From contig OZ246423.1 of the NCBI GenBank assembly GCA_965231215.1, positions 480,001 to 544,000 of the forward strand: 64,000 bases of DNA, read 5' to 3'. A program made the translations under genes and the position numbers. Positions 20,101 to 29,266 of the stretch are shown here, one piece after another. This DNA comes from Candidatus Altimarinota bacterium. GTDB taxonomy: Bacteria > Patescibacteriota > Gracilibacteria > UBA4473. Every line of letters begins with the position of its first letter. Position 1 is the first letter of the stretch. Under the pieces are notes generated by a model. That model saw nothing but the letters and a program-made list of their open reading frames with translations. It was not told the DNA's origin and ran no database searches.

Positions 20101-20598
20101 CAACCCTACACGATAAGTCCCAACCTGATTAAAGATTCCCTGAAGCAAGGATTTATCATACTCACGTCCATTAACACTCCACGCCTCTTCAAAGACATTT
20201 CTTCCGTTAGAAACCGAACGTGAGTCTAAAGATATTTTGTCTCCTACTTTAGCTTTAATGGTGTTGCCTACAACCGTTACCCCATTGACTGAAGCCTCGA
20301 TGGCTGCCGTAGGTCTATCCAAATTCTGGACCATCACATTTTTAGTCACTTCATTGGTTTCTCCATTAGCGGCCGTTACTTTGAGCGTTATACTTTTAGG
20401 CCCTGCCTCATCAAAAGTGTACTGGACTATAGAACCCGTAAGCGCAACCCCTCCTGGAAAAATCCATTGATAACTATTCCCAGCCCCACTTTTAGCTCTA
20501 AAAGTTGCCGGCTTTCCTTTTATAACAGTCGAGGCGGCCTCAACGAGGCCGCCCAAACACATAAGGAACAGAAATAATACGAAGATAAATGGTCTCAT
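17107..20598 (-). CDS. Secreted PKD-domain protein with long helical-repeat/coiled-coil stalk
   Basis: Signal peptide, about 5 N-terminal PKD/Ig units (WEMGDG), about 600 aa E/K/L-rich helical region, C-terminal PKD (WDMGDG...PGFYRVQLTISDG). Confidence 0.8.
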   Translation of the reverse strand: MRPFIFVLFLFLMCLGGLVEAASTVIKGKPATFRAKSGAGNSYQWIFPGGVALTGSIVQYTFDEAGPKSITLKVTAANGETNEVTKNVMVQNLDRPTAAIEASVNGVTVVGNTIKAKVGDKISLDSRSVSNGRNVFEEAWSVNGREYDKSLLQGIFNQVGTYRVGLSVFDPDQPHIRDQDNIQVVLENEPPFVNSLRYAVNQNIPGQIILTADAADNDGQVVSYKFEVLEKGRLVLAQVVNQPIAYFDVGSFPGPHIYHFRVTAFDDRSGRHTFDSTESFAFEKESFNNAPKAKINVTPGNQGDLKTLFNFFAEATDEDRDALRYEWVLPDGRKSFAPQLQHRFQEPGDKEILLRVTDGIATIEERMTVSVIEVEAEVPKNRPPKIEVRGVMPKQVGDTNTIFRFYLKAEDPDADRLEYLWEMGDGGRMFIQNPAYRYERPGRYRASVTVSDGVQSVKASAEVLVNRAESLQRNVQMQSDGTTGDLPGVSIAGPGNKEALAERVKKLSSAAEKSKNEALERQRIARELAEKRKEERETERRVLLEALETEQEAKKKLALERKLSVVDEDLNRLNTLYATGESGIQQEAAILQEELKRLKAKVIKDQRDYLNQQLITLKEQLAAETDREKRFGIGLDIERVQKYLQSDDVLGEFATVYKEELIERKTDLELKISETEDEPTRNLYRSQIDTLELLLSDLEKLTSVQLDLSEIEKNLGENVSAGELNDFLKEQIEALRAEQSQLQEERDQSADPIRNDEIDTRLSEIAKLLEQLGFAVSKNSDENFGDFSIDDITVVSAKRRIGDLIEENLEVFSTSTDNEQRVGIQEEVKGLRAQLSVLNEVDQSGFSPDMAVIDLVDRIETKKKGLIEQFRAERDTTQIEVLREKIVKLDDTLKVLKTLPDSGITDLTTLENAQKALAESRLDLTRTYVETKDENIKAGLLDKINAIAVQYELLSRFYNPQERQKTFGELKINLDNQKSEIEATLKTNITNDQQVELEESLQKVKKEIIEVKRIEQTLREALQDQFQKDIALYKESLLKELKDIDDPEAKAELQAEIDKIEAGDFSSAEAFGQMHYLEGLLSDVVVNTETNLFLYGQLPDASLDQAVFFEWDMGDGTRLTGQNIGHRFRDPGFYRVQLTISDGTNQRTDALTVKVIPKTVEDQ

Positions 20599-20600
20599 GA

Positions 20601-22565
20601 CTAGTTGACTTCAAAATCAATCGGAACCGTTGTTTCAACATTAACTGTTTTAACAAGTGGCTCTGATCTAAGGAAACCCCCTTCATAAGATTCTACCACT
20701 ACTAGTTCTACTTTTTTCGAACCAGTCGTTTTAAATTCATAATTAATTTCTGGAGAGTTCGATTGTTGAAAATCACCATCAAAGTTCCAGAAATATACAA
20801 GTCCTTGATTGGTTCCAGCCGTGTTAATACTCTGACGAGCATTGAATCTAAACTCTGCTGGCTTGTTTGAATTATTAGTTGAACTACTGTCAAACTCAGC
20901 CGTTGGCTTATTGGTAATAACCTGAATAATACGAGTAAAGGTATCAATCATTCCCACCACATTGTGAACTTCAAGGTTCACTTCATATCGCCCTGGAGCT
21001 GAAAATTTAACTTCAGCTTGTTGTCCAAAGGTTCCAGCAAAACATCCTCGAGAAACATTCTCTTCATCTCTAATGTTATCAAAAACTTCATCTTCTGCTG
21101 CTGGCTTACAATACCATTTGTAGTTACTGATAGAGCCAATACTGGTGGTTGTAGCGCTCGCATCCAGCGGTAAGATTTCTCCTACTACTACTCGAGATTT
21201 ATTCATATTGAAATAAGCGTTAGTTCCCCCAACAACTAGATCTTTTCTTACAGGAATTTGTTTTCCATCTAGCGTTTGGATAATCGCTCTTATCAGGTAA
21301 GATTTTTCTTCTCCAAACTGATGTTTTACAAACGCTTCAGGATCATTGGTCGTATCAAGAATAGCCTGAGTCCGATCTCCGAAATCAATAATCGCTCTCG
21401 CTTGAATCCCCAACGTAAACGCAAGGCCTTTTCGGGCCACTTCTGGAACCGCCACTGATGTACCTCCAAAATCCTGTACGCCTCCATTTGGATACTTATC
21501 TTCCAGTAATTCGTCTTCTTCCTCATTATTCAGACGGTTAGAGTCATCATTAAGCCCTGATCCAATATCAAGACTTTCAATGCCACTCCCTTCTACTTCT
21601 TTAAGGCTTTTAATTATAAGCAGTGTAGAAACATCATTAAAGAGTGAATCTGCCGCCCCCGGGTCATTTTCAACTAGGTCTGTAATATCAGTACTCGTTC
21701 CATCAGGATTAATAACGGTAGTTCGTCCATCATTGCCGGTCACTACAACCCCCTCTGTTGTAGGGTTTACTGTAGTTCCTGGCACCGTTGGAGTTGAAGG
21801 AGTTCCGCCTGAAATCAAAGGCGTTCCTGACGCTCCATCACGATCATCTCCTCCGATTCCTGCATTTTTAATAATCGTGTTTACTAAGGCATAAGAAGCC
21901 AGCACCACCAAAATACCAATAACTGCAAAAATAATAATTTTTTTAGATTTCTCCATGTTACTGTCATCTCCAACAGAAACGACATAAAGGTAACCCGCAT
22001 AAATCACCATCGCGACCGCAATAAGCCCCAAGAAGGTAAGCGTAAAATTCAATACATTTAAAATATATTGCCTCAGCGATGTATTTTCACCAATTCGGTT
22101 AAATTTATCAGCATCTGGGAGTTCAAAGGCTCCATCTGGAGTCACACCAGATCCACCATTAATACCATCAAAAACATTGTCAAAATTAGCCGAAATAACG
22201 GTTCCCCCAGAAAGATTAAACCCTCCAGTACTAACCGGGCTAAACACAGGATTACCGCTGCTCCCACCATAGCTAAAATTACTGGATGTACTGCCGCCTC
22301 CATAGTAATATCCGCCTCCACCAGAAGAACCTCCTCCAAAAATACTTCGCACTCCATTCACGAGGTTAGATCCATTTTGTAGCGCATTAAGTCCGTTACT
22401 AATACCTCCCAAAATATTTCCACTAGAAAAAGAGTTAACCGCATTAGAAATAGAGCCCACCGTATTGGAAAAAGCATTTCCCAAACTTCCAAAGAAAGCC
22501 TGCCCCGTCACAGGGGCGAGAAGAAGTGATAAAACTAAAACGAAACCGAATATTTGTTTTTTCAT
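20601..22565 (-). CDS. TrbC/VirB2-like pilin fused to C-terminal PKD domains
   Basis: Signal peptide, G/S-rich region, pilin core (IAVAMVIYAGYLYVVSVGD...EKSKKIIIFAVIGILVVLASYALVNTI), T/P linker, PKD units (IDFGD, WNFDG). Confidence 0.75.
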   Translation of the reverse strand: MKKQIFGFVLVLSLLLAPVTGQAFFGSLGNAFSNTVGSISNAVNSFSSGNILGGISNGLNALQNGSNLVNGVRSIFGGGSSGGGGYYYGGGSTSSNFSYGGSSGNPVFSPVSTGGFNLSGGTVISANFDNVFDGINGGSGVTPDGAFELPDADKFNRIGENTSLRQYILNVLNFTLTFLGLIAVAMVIYAGYLYVVSVGDDSNMEKSKKIIIFAVIGILVVLASYALVNTIIKNAGIGGDDRDGASGTPLISGGTPSTPTVPGTTVNPTTEGVVVTGNDGRTTVINPDGTSTDITDLVENDPGAADSLFNDVSTLLIIKSLKEVEGSGIESLDIGSGLNDDSNRLNNEEEDELLEDKYPNGGVQDFGGTSVAVPEVARKGLAFTLGIQARAIIDFGDRTQAILDTTNDPEAFVKHQFGEEKSYLIRAIIQTLDGKQIPVRKDLVVGGTNAYFNMNKSRVVVGEILPLDASATTTSIGSISNYKWYCKPAAEDEVFDNIRDEENVSRGCFAGTFGQQAEVKFSAPGRYEVNLEVHNVVGMIDTFTRIIQVITNKPTAEFDSSSTNNSNKPAEFRFNARQSINTAGTNQGLVYFWNFDGDFQQSNSPEINYEFKTTGSKKVELVVVESYEGGFLRSEPLVKTVNVETTVPIDFEVN

Positions 22566-22570
22566 GTATT

Positions 22571-23161
22571 TTAGAAAACCGCTTCCATCACGGTGTTAAC
22601 AATAGCATAAGCTGCAAGGATAATGAGTATCCCGATCACAACCCAGATAATAATTTTTTTGGCCGTTTCCATACGACTGTCGTCGCCAAGAGAAGTAATG
22701 TAAACAAAACCAGCCCAAACCAGAGCCACAACAGCAATTAAGGCAGTAACAGACAATAAAAAGTTAATCCATCCAATGATAAGTTCTTTTATATCACGTT
22801 CTTTGGAAACATTATCATCCAAGAATTGCTCCGTGATAAGAGCGCCTTCCTGCAACCCAGGCCCGTTAAATACTGGCCCTCCATAAGGCAAATTCACCGC
22901 TCCTCCACTACTGGAAGTATTAATGACAGCGTTATTACGTGTAGGTTCTAAGACTCGATCCAAATAATCAGAAAGCCCAGAAGTGCTTGTCCCTGTAGTA
23001 TTAGCACTCTTAATTCCTTCACTATTGCCTGTATCAATACTACTAGTGATAAAATCATTAAAATCCCTAGCTGAAGCGTCTAACTGAAACATAAAAATAC
23101 AGGCAAATGAACACAAAACGCCCATCAAGCCCCAATTAAATATCATCTTTGCCTGTTTCAT
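22571..23161 (-). CDS. TrbC/VirB2-like (T4SS) pilin
   Basis: Pilin core IAVVALVWAGFVYITSLGD...ETAKKIIIWVVIGILIILAAYAIVN. Confidence 0.8.
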   Translation of the reverse strand: MKQAKMIFNWGLMGVLCSFACIFMFQLDASARDFNDFITSSIDTGNSEGIKSANTTGTSTSGLSDYLDRVLEPTRNNAVINTSSSGGAVNLPYGGPVFNGPGLQEGALITEQFLDDNVSKERDIKELIIGWINFLLSVTALIAVVALVWAGFVYITSLGDDSRMETAKKIIIWVVIGILIILAAYAIVNTVMEAVF

Positions 23162-23183
23162 TGGTATTTATTTTATTCTTCAT

Positions 23184-23212
23184 ATTATATCATAAGATAT
23201 TTTTGTATTCAA
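23184..23212 (-). promoter_or_regulatory. Sigma70 promoter of the pilin-PKD operon
   Basis: TTGAAT-N17-TATAAT with TG extension on the minus strand. Confidence 0.6.
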
Positions 23213-23292
23213 GCCCAAAAAATTATGCATAAATGAGGCTAAAAGACCGTACTTGAATAAAAAATAGAGGAAGATATGCTGTAATCTACAAA

Positions 23293-23667
23293 ATGAGAGT
23301 TGATAAATGGATCTGGGCCGTGCGAATGGTAAAATCTAGAACTTTAGCCGGAGAATGCTGTAAAAGAGGGCAAGTATGGATAAACCAAGAAAAAGCCAAA
23401 CCTGCCAAAACCCTCCACATAGGGGACATTGTAGAAGTTGAAATAAAATCGGTTTATAAAAAATACAAAGTCACTGGATTTATACCCAAAAGAGTAAGCG
23501 CTGAACTCGCCGCACAGAACTTTGAAGACTTAACCCCAAAAGCTGAACAAACTCAAACCTCTAGCACAGAACCTCAATTTTGGGGACAGAGAAAAAAAGG
23601 CGAAGGCCGCCCCACAAAGAAAGATCGAAGAAAGATTGACGAAGCTAAACTTCTAGATGAAATTTAA
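23293..23667 (+). CDS. hslR: Ribosome-associated heat shock protein Hsp15 (S4 domain)
   Basis: MRVDKWIWAVR..KSRTLA...C..G.V; C-terminal GRPTKKDRR. Confidence 0.92.
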   Translation: MRVDKWIWAVRMVKSRTLAGECCKRGQVWINQEKAKPAKTLHIGDIVEVEIKSVYKKYKVTGFIPKRVSAELAAQNFEDLTPKAEQTQTSSTEPQFWGQRKKGEGRPTKKDRRKIDEAKLLDEI

Positions 23668-23668
23668 A

Positions 23669-23706
23669 AAACGAGGCGCTTACAATTTTAGCATCGCGCC
23701 TCGTTT
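23669..23706. terminator. Hairpin between convergent genes (probable bidirectional terminator)
   Basis: aaacgaggcgc / gcgcctcgttt perfect 11-bp stem. Confidence 0.65.
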
Positions 23707-23731
23707 AATTAGAAAGCTTAAATTCAAGTAA

Positions 23732-26536
23732 TTAGCGATTCTCACATCTGAGGAACTGTTTTTGTTCTTCGCAGATTTTTGAGAAATCTTCATCACTTTC
23801 ATAACACTCACTCCACTCTCTCCAGATAGTTTTACACTGAGACTGGTTTTTACATTCCAGTTCATCATAAATCTGATTACACGCTTTTTCATCTAGTTCA
23901 GTTCGTGCGACCTCATTTAAATCATCCCAAGTATGGGCCTCAATAACATTGGGGGAGATAGTGTAGAAGTGATCCCCAATATAGATAATTCGTTGAACAT
24001 TGTATTCATGGTTTCCGTGTCTTCGAGTTCCCTTCTCACTCCAATAATCATCTGTATAGTGAGTTACTTTGCCTCGAAGTGTAAATCCATCATCTAAATC
24101 AATATCATAAACAAAGGCCCCATTATAAACCTGTTTTGTTGGCTGGTAGTTATTTTTAGCCGGCCCATCTTTAGCCATTACCGAAATAGGAAGCCCCAAA
24201 ATACCTTCACGTTTATCAAACAAGAAAGCTTTGTGGTTATTGAGTACTTCACTGTAAGTGCCCGTGTCTCCAATGATTTTTTTGTGCGTTTCACGAGGAT
24301 TTGTGACATCACTCACATCAAAGATAGAAATTTTAAGCCCTAGGACTTCATCCGACGTTAGACGATCATCTTCTTCAGCCCCTTCTTTCACCTCTTTTCC
24401 AAGCCCAATAAGGTGATTCTCATCATAGGGGTGTAAGTAATCTGACCATCCAGGGATTTTGAGTTCTCCCAAAACTTTGGGATTATTCGGATCAAGATCT
24501 AGAACAAACAATGGATCTACGTGTTTAAACGTCACCATATACCCTTTCTGCCCCATAAATCGAACTGATTTAATACTTTCTCCTGGAGCAATCCCGTCTA
24601 CAAACCCTGTCATTTTTAAACCTGAATCTAAAATATTCATTCGTGAACCTTCTTGGTCAAGTTGAGTCGCAATTCGAAAATGACCGCTTTCGGCTTCACT
24701 CATAGAAAACTGATTCAGTATTCGCCCAGGCACAGAACCCTTAGCGGTAAATTCGATATCATTTCCCTTTAGGGCAAACTTATAAATTTCGGTGAGAGGC
24801 TCGTAATGCCATCCATCCCAAGTTCGGTTTTGTATAAATCGTTCTCGGTGTTGAGTTCGGGTCACATACAAATTCTTTCCAGAAGCATAGAGTTCTTCTC
24901 CACTTCCCAGCATCATAGTCCGTCCTACTTTTTGTTCGATATCTTTGGTGTTAATAGCCGCAACAATAAGGTAGTTTGGCTGCTCAAAATTCGGGAAATA
25001 ATAAATATCATGACACGGAACAATCATCATCTTCTCTTCACTACTAGCCGAATCCCTCAGGACTGGTAAATCCGTTTCTGAAAACACCGGCATAGGTCTC
25101 CCCCACCAATAATTTTGGTATTTGTTGGTAACCAGATAAACCATATCTCCAATCTTTCGAGAATTAGTGTAATTTCCTTCAACACTTACTTTCCGAATTA
25201 TTTGGGGAGCTTGGTTTTCAGGGTCAGAAACATCAAATGAAGCAACTACTGTAAACTGTTTATTCGTCCCGCCTGGATAAAGGTAACCACGTCCCGGAGC
25301 AACAGCTAAGGCCACTTCGTTGCTAGGCGGATCCACAAATTCTACTTCTCCTAAAGATTTCATATCTAAAGACTCTAAAATATCATCCAAAGGAGCCTCT
25401 TTTTCTAGCTGTGTTGGAAATACTTCATCTTCTAAAAATGGTTCTGGCACTGGCAAAGGCACTGGTTTATCGTAGTTAACATATTCATTCATTCCTCCAA
25501 CAACCGTCAAAATTCCGTTGTCTACATACATTTCACGAGCCCAAAAATTTTTGGCATTATCTACTGTAAAATTGGCTACTTGTTTAAGCTCTGTAGCCGG
25601 ATAAGCCTCTACAATTCGAATCGTATTGTTTCGGATCATGTAGATATATTTTCCATCATTTTTAATAATATCGGCTTCATCCACTCCAAATTCTTGGACA
25701 TTAGTGGTTGAGTAATTTGAAGCCCCTCCAGCACCAACCCCTGTACTACTATCAGAGGAAACTTTAGCTGACTCAGACCTTGCCATAGCCGCTTGTGGCA
25801 CAGTCGAAACTTCAGCTTCAGCAAAATCCTCCATCAACATATTGACTCGACCTCCAAAAAATTGATTTCTCTGGGGGCCTTGCCGTTTTTGATATCGTTC
25901 CATTTGGACACTTAGATCTTTACAGGAAGTAATTTTTGGAAGTTCTCCAAGCTCAGCATTATCTACATCATTTCCAGTTTGAAGCCCCCAAATCATTTGG
26001 GCCATTTCACCACGGTTTAGTTTTTGGCCAAAGGTTTCAATAGATTCAGCCACTACCTTATGGCCTTGAAGCGCTCTAATAAATTGCTGATACCAAGGTT
26101 CTGTAGTATCGGTCACTTCGGTATCCAATTCATTTACTTTAGCCACAATTTTACTAGCTTCAGAAAATTTAATTGGATCTCCAGGACGAAAACTGCCATC
26201 CGGATAGCCTTCAACAATACCTGCCTCTGTAGCACTACAAATCACATTGTAGAACCAGTGTTTTCGCTCTACATCACTGTAGATTCTACTGCCTTTTTCA
26301 CACCCTTCTTTAACTAGATTCCCAGCTTTGAGAACAATTTTAAGAAACTCAGCCCGGTTGATTTCTTTCTCTGGCTTAAAGGTTCCATCACTGTAGCCTT
26401 CAATAATCCCTTCATCGGCCAGGTATTCTACCGCCTTTGAGGCTGAAGTGCCTTTAGCATCTTCTAATTGTGCGAGGGCGAGAGGGGTTCCCCAAAAACC
26501 AGCCGAAAACGCAACCAGTAACACTAATTTTTTCAT
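23732..26536 (-). CDS. SLH-anchored secreted beta-propeller domain protein
   Basis: N-terminal SLH repeats (GIIEGYSDGTFKPE..INRAEF); YSTTNVQ..GVDEADIIKNDG, VTFK.VDPLFVLDL, LGELKIPGWSDYLHP, as in the Beta_propel family. Confidence 0.88.
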   Translation of the reverse strand: MKKLVLLVAFSAGFWGTPLALAQLEDAKGTSASKAVEYLADEGIIEGYSDGTFKPEKEINRAEFLKIVLKAGNLVKEGCEKGSRIYSDVERKHWFYNVICSATEAGIVEGYPDGSFRPGDPIKFSEASKIVAKVNELDTEVTDTTEPWYQQFIRALQGHKVVAESIETFGQKLNRGEMAQMIWGLQTGNDVDNAELGELPKITSCKDLSVQMERYQKRQGPQRNQFFGGRVNMLMEDFAEAEVSTVPQAAMARSESAKVSSDSSTGVGAGGASNYSTTNVQEFGVDEADIIKNDGKYIYMIRNNTIRIVEAYPATELKQVANFTVDNAKNFWAREMYVDNGILTVVGGMNEYVNYDKPVPLPVPEPFLEDEVFPTQLEKEAPLDDILESLDMKSLGEVEFVDPPSNEVALAVAPGRGYLYPGGTNKQFTVVASFDVSDPENQAPQIIRKVSVEGNYTNSRKIGDMVYLVTNKYQNYWWGRPMPVFSETDLPVLRDSASSEEKMMIVPCHDIYYFPNFEQPNYLIVAAINTKDIEQKVGRTMMLGSGEELYASGKNLYVTRTQHRERFIQNRTWDGWHYEPLTEIYKFALKGNDIEFTAKGSVPGRILNQFSMSEAESGHFRIATQLDQEGSRMNILDSGLKMTGFVDGIAPGESIKSVRFMGQKGYMVTFKHVDPLFVLDLDPNNPKVLGELKIPGWSDYLHPYDENHLIGLGKEVKEGAEEDDRLTSDEVLGLKISIFDVSDVTNPRETHKKIIGDTGTYSEVLNNHKAFLFDKREGILGLPISVMAKDGPAKNNYQPTKQVYNGAFVYDIDLDDGFTLRGKVTHYTDDYWSEKGTRRHGNHEYNVQRIIYIGDHFYTISPNVIEAHTWDDLNEVARTELDEKACNQIYDELECKNQSQCKTIWREWSECYESDEDFSKICEEQKQFLRCENR

Positions 26537-26663
26537 GAAATACGAGGTTATAGATTAATTTATGTTTCTGTATACGCCGATTTTACCCTCCGTGTGACAA
26601 AAGGGCAAAAAGACCTATAAACCCAGAATTGAAAAAATTACTGTTTCATGCTAAAATACCAAG

Positions 26664-28262
26664 ATGAGTATTCATGATATGAAGGGATTTGAGGATCCAA
26701 CTGTATTAGATCCAACAACTAATCTTCCAGAACAAAGCCTAGAGGGAGAGATTAATTCGTACCTAAATCTTATATCAGACCTAAAAGCCGACCTTTCAGG
26801 TGAAAAACGGGCCATTGTTTGGGAGGTTATAGATAAGTTTGAAATGTTCTTTCGCACGCTTCAGGAAGAAATGAATAACCTTCAAGATGAAAGAAATCTA
26901 AAGCTCGTTCGCGAAGTTTTATCCTGGGTGGATGAATGCTGGGAAGCTTCTTATGAGTCCTTCCACAAAGGGGCTGACCAGTCTTATTTTGTAGAACTAG
27001 ACCGACATCTTAAAGAAGGGTTTTTAGTTTTTAGTAAATTTGTCCAAGACGCCTCACATTTAGAAGAACTTAACTCAGAAAAAAACGCCGAAATTAAAGA
27101 GAGAGTCACGCACAAAACCCAAACCTCTCGAGTAGCAGTGAGAACATTTCTAATTAAGGCCAGTGCTATTGCTGGCCTCATCACTACAAACACTTTAGAA
27201 AAAGGGCCGTCAAACATATCCCCCCCCCTAAATACCCCACCCACTATTGCTGACCCTGAAAAGCCAGTCAAAGCCAGCCCCGCTGAACAAACAATCGATG
27301 AAATTGCTGAAATCCTCAGACAAGAGGTCATTGAAAAGGAAGTCCCTGAAAAGAGTGCAGAGTATGCCCCTCACTACACCCATCTTATTGAAACCGAGAG
27401 ATCGATAATGGAAGCTCGATACCTCAATGATGTTTCTAAACCTCAAAAACTAAAAGACCTCAAGGCAATGATCACTGATTTTGGCAAAAGCCCCCTTCGT
27501 CCTACTTTCGATAACATGCAGATTATCCCGGCTTTTGTAGGGCTTGTAGAGTCTGACCTCAATCCAGACGCTTACAACAAAGGGAGCAAAGCCGTAGGAA
27601 TGTTCCAATTTTTACTCAGGTCAGGCCCCTTCGGGAATCCTAAAGTTTTAGATAAAATTATGGCCAATCCTGAGCTTTTTGATATTGGATTTATGGACAT
27701 GCTTAAAAAATTAAAACAGGAGTCTGAAAATATATACTTTTTCGATTACGTACAAGACAAGCTCAAAAGTGATTCTGAATTCAAGCAAGAGTATCTAAAA
27801 GAACTCAAAAAAATAGCCTTTGATTACAAACAAAGCCACCAAATTGCTATGTTTTATCTAAAAACACTCCAGGACCAAGTAATAAATCTTGAAACTTCCC
27901 ATAGAGTTGAATTCAGATCTCCCAAAGATGTAGGAGACTTCACGCTTTTTGCCTACAACGCTGGCATGACTTTTACTAAAGCGGTAGTGGCCGCTATAAA
28001 ACAAAATCCAAATATAGAATTTACAGAAGAAGGCAGGCACTTAGCCATCAGCATGGATCAAATAGCCCAATATGCAGAATACATTATTGAAAAACTAGAA
28101 GCGAACACGCACAAAAAACAAGGCGACCTATACTCAGGTATAGCCAAGAACCAAATACGCGGAAAATTCCACGAAGCCATTAGGTATCCTGCCAGGCTCA
28201 GGATTGCCCAAGAAATGCATCAAAAATCTTCTCCAGAATTGAGCGTCACTCAGACTCAATAA
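26664..28262 (+). CDS. Lytic transglycosylase (SLT-domain) protein with N-terminal helical region and Pro-rich linker
   Basis: Catalytic ES motif (VESDLNPDA), AVGMFQF, AYNAG. Confidence 0.75.
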   Translation: MSIHDMKGFEDPTVLDPTTNLPEQSLEGEINSYLNLISDLKADLSGEKRAIVWEVIDKFEMFFRTLQEEMNNLQDERNLKLVREVLSWVDECWEASYESFHKGADQSYFVELDRHLKEGFLVFSKFVQDASHLEELNSEKNAEIKERVTHKTQTSRVAVRTFLIKASAIAGLITTNTLEKGPSNISPPLNTPPTIADPEKPVKASPAEQTIDEIAEILRQEVIEKEVPEKSAEYAPHYTHLIETERSIMEARYLNDVSKPQKLKDLKAMITDFGKSPLRPTFDNMQIIPAFVGLVESDLNPDAYNKGSKAVGMFQFLLRSGPFGNPKVLDKIMANPELFDIGFMDMLKKLKQESENIYFFDYVQDKLKSDSEFKQEYLKELKKIAFDYKQSHQIAMFYLKTLQDQVINLETSHRVEFRSPKDVGDFTLFAYNAGMTFTKAVVAAIKQNPNIEFTEEGRHLAISMDQIAQYAEYIIEKLEANTHKKQGDLYSGIAKNQIRGKFHEAIRYPARLRIAQEMHQKSSPELSVTQTQ

Positions 28263-29098
28263 AAAATTTCTTTTATCTGAGCAAAACGTTCTAAAAAATT
28301 TTTGTGCCACACATCGTGATACTGAGACTGGAACTTTTGAATAAGAGCTAATTTCTGATTATTTAGTTTTTGGGTTTGAGGGGTTTTGATTCCATGTACT
28401 TGATACTTCAGAACTTTAATTCCTGGAAAGTCACGCAGCACATGCTGAACGCCTTGAGCTGTGGCCCGATGGTCTTTATGCGTGTCTAACCCCTCATGTG
28501 GTATATACACCATTTCAGGGTCGTAATTATCAATGAGTTCCCTCACGATGTCGCTCAACTCATTTAAACTATAACCAGCTCCAGGACGATAACTAAGGGC
28601 GTTTGTCTTAGCTTGTCTGGTAAAGTCAGATCTGATGTCTTTATTCCATTCCAAGTCACTTAAATGCCCATCAGGAAAATTTAAAAAAAATAAATCTTTA
28701 GACCTTAATCCCAAAGATCTTGCTGCCAAAATAGATTCCCTACGACGAGTTTTTCCATAGTTTTGGGACATTTCTTTCGACTTAGTCGTCAGTCCGTCCC
28801 CATTAGTGAGGTACACCACTTTCACGCTTTTCCCGCTTTTAAGTGCCATTGAAATCATTTCACCACAACAGAGAATTTCATCATCTGGATGCGGCGAAAA
28901 GACCATCATATCAGTAGCTGTATTTTGAGGTTTTTCCCGTTGATGCCCAAGAGGCAAAAATACATTATTTTGGTTCTGTCTTCGATTCTCCATTCGCTGA
29001 AAAAGGCCTCTATTATGAGACTGAGAAGAACTCCCCCCATAATCCACTGGTTGAGCCAACGCCGTATCCATGAAAACAAAAAGACTCAAAAACCACAT
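28256..29098 (-). CDS. PIG-L/LmbE family deacetylase, secreted
   Basis: FSPHPDDE, LTNGD, RRRES..A...LG, FPDG, DTHKDH; ATG 29098 gives a signal peptide. Confidence 0.88.
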   Translation of the reverse strand: MWFLSLFVFMDTALAQPVDYGGSSSQSHNRGLFQRMENRRQNQNNVFLPLGHQREKPQNTATDMMVFSPHPDDEILCCGEMISMALKSGKSVKVVYLTNGDGLTTKSKEMSQNYGKTRRRESILAARSLGLRSKDLFFLNFPDGHLSDLEWNKDIRSDFTRQAKTNALSYRPGAGYSLNELSDIVRELIDNYDPEMVYIPHEGLDTHKDHRATAQGVQHVLRDFPGIKVLKYQVHGIKTPQTQKLNNQKLALIQKFQSQYHDVWHKNFLERFAQIKEIFY

Positions 29099-29148
29099 CA
29101 AGAATAAGGTAGAAGGGAAAACTAAAAAAGAAAAGGAGAAACATAAAA

Positions 29149-29265
29149 TTTTTTTAAAACGAAAGATTCGAGAAACGGCGTAATTTTTAAAATAAGCGTA
29201 TTGTAAAACATACACGTTTAAAAAAATTATAAACGTGACAAAGAAACTTACAGTTTAAAAAGGTT
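29149..29265. repeat. Degenerate intergenic palindromic element
   Basis: Nested inverted repeats around central agcgtat-N8-atacac. Confidence 0.4.
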
Positions 29266-29266
29266 T

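Noticed and set aside
29099-29215. N-terminal extension of the PIG-L deacetylase in the ORF track
   Set aside because: It runs through the palindromic element; ATG 29098 gives a clean signal peptide.
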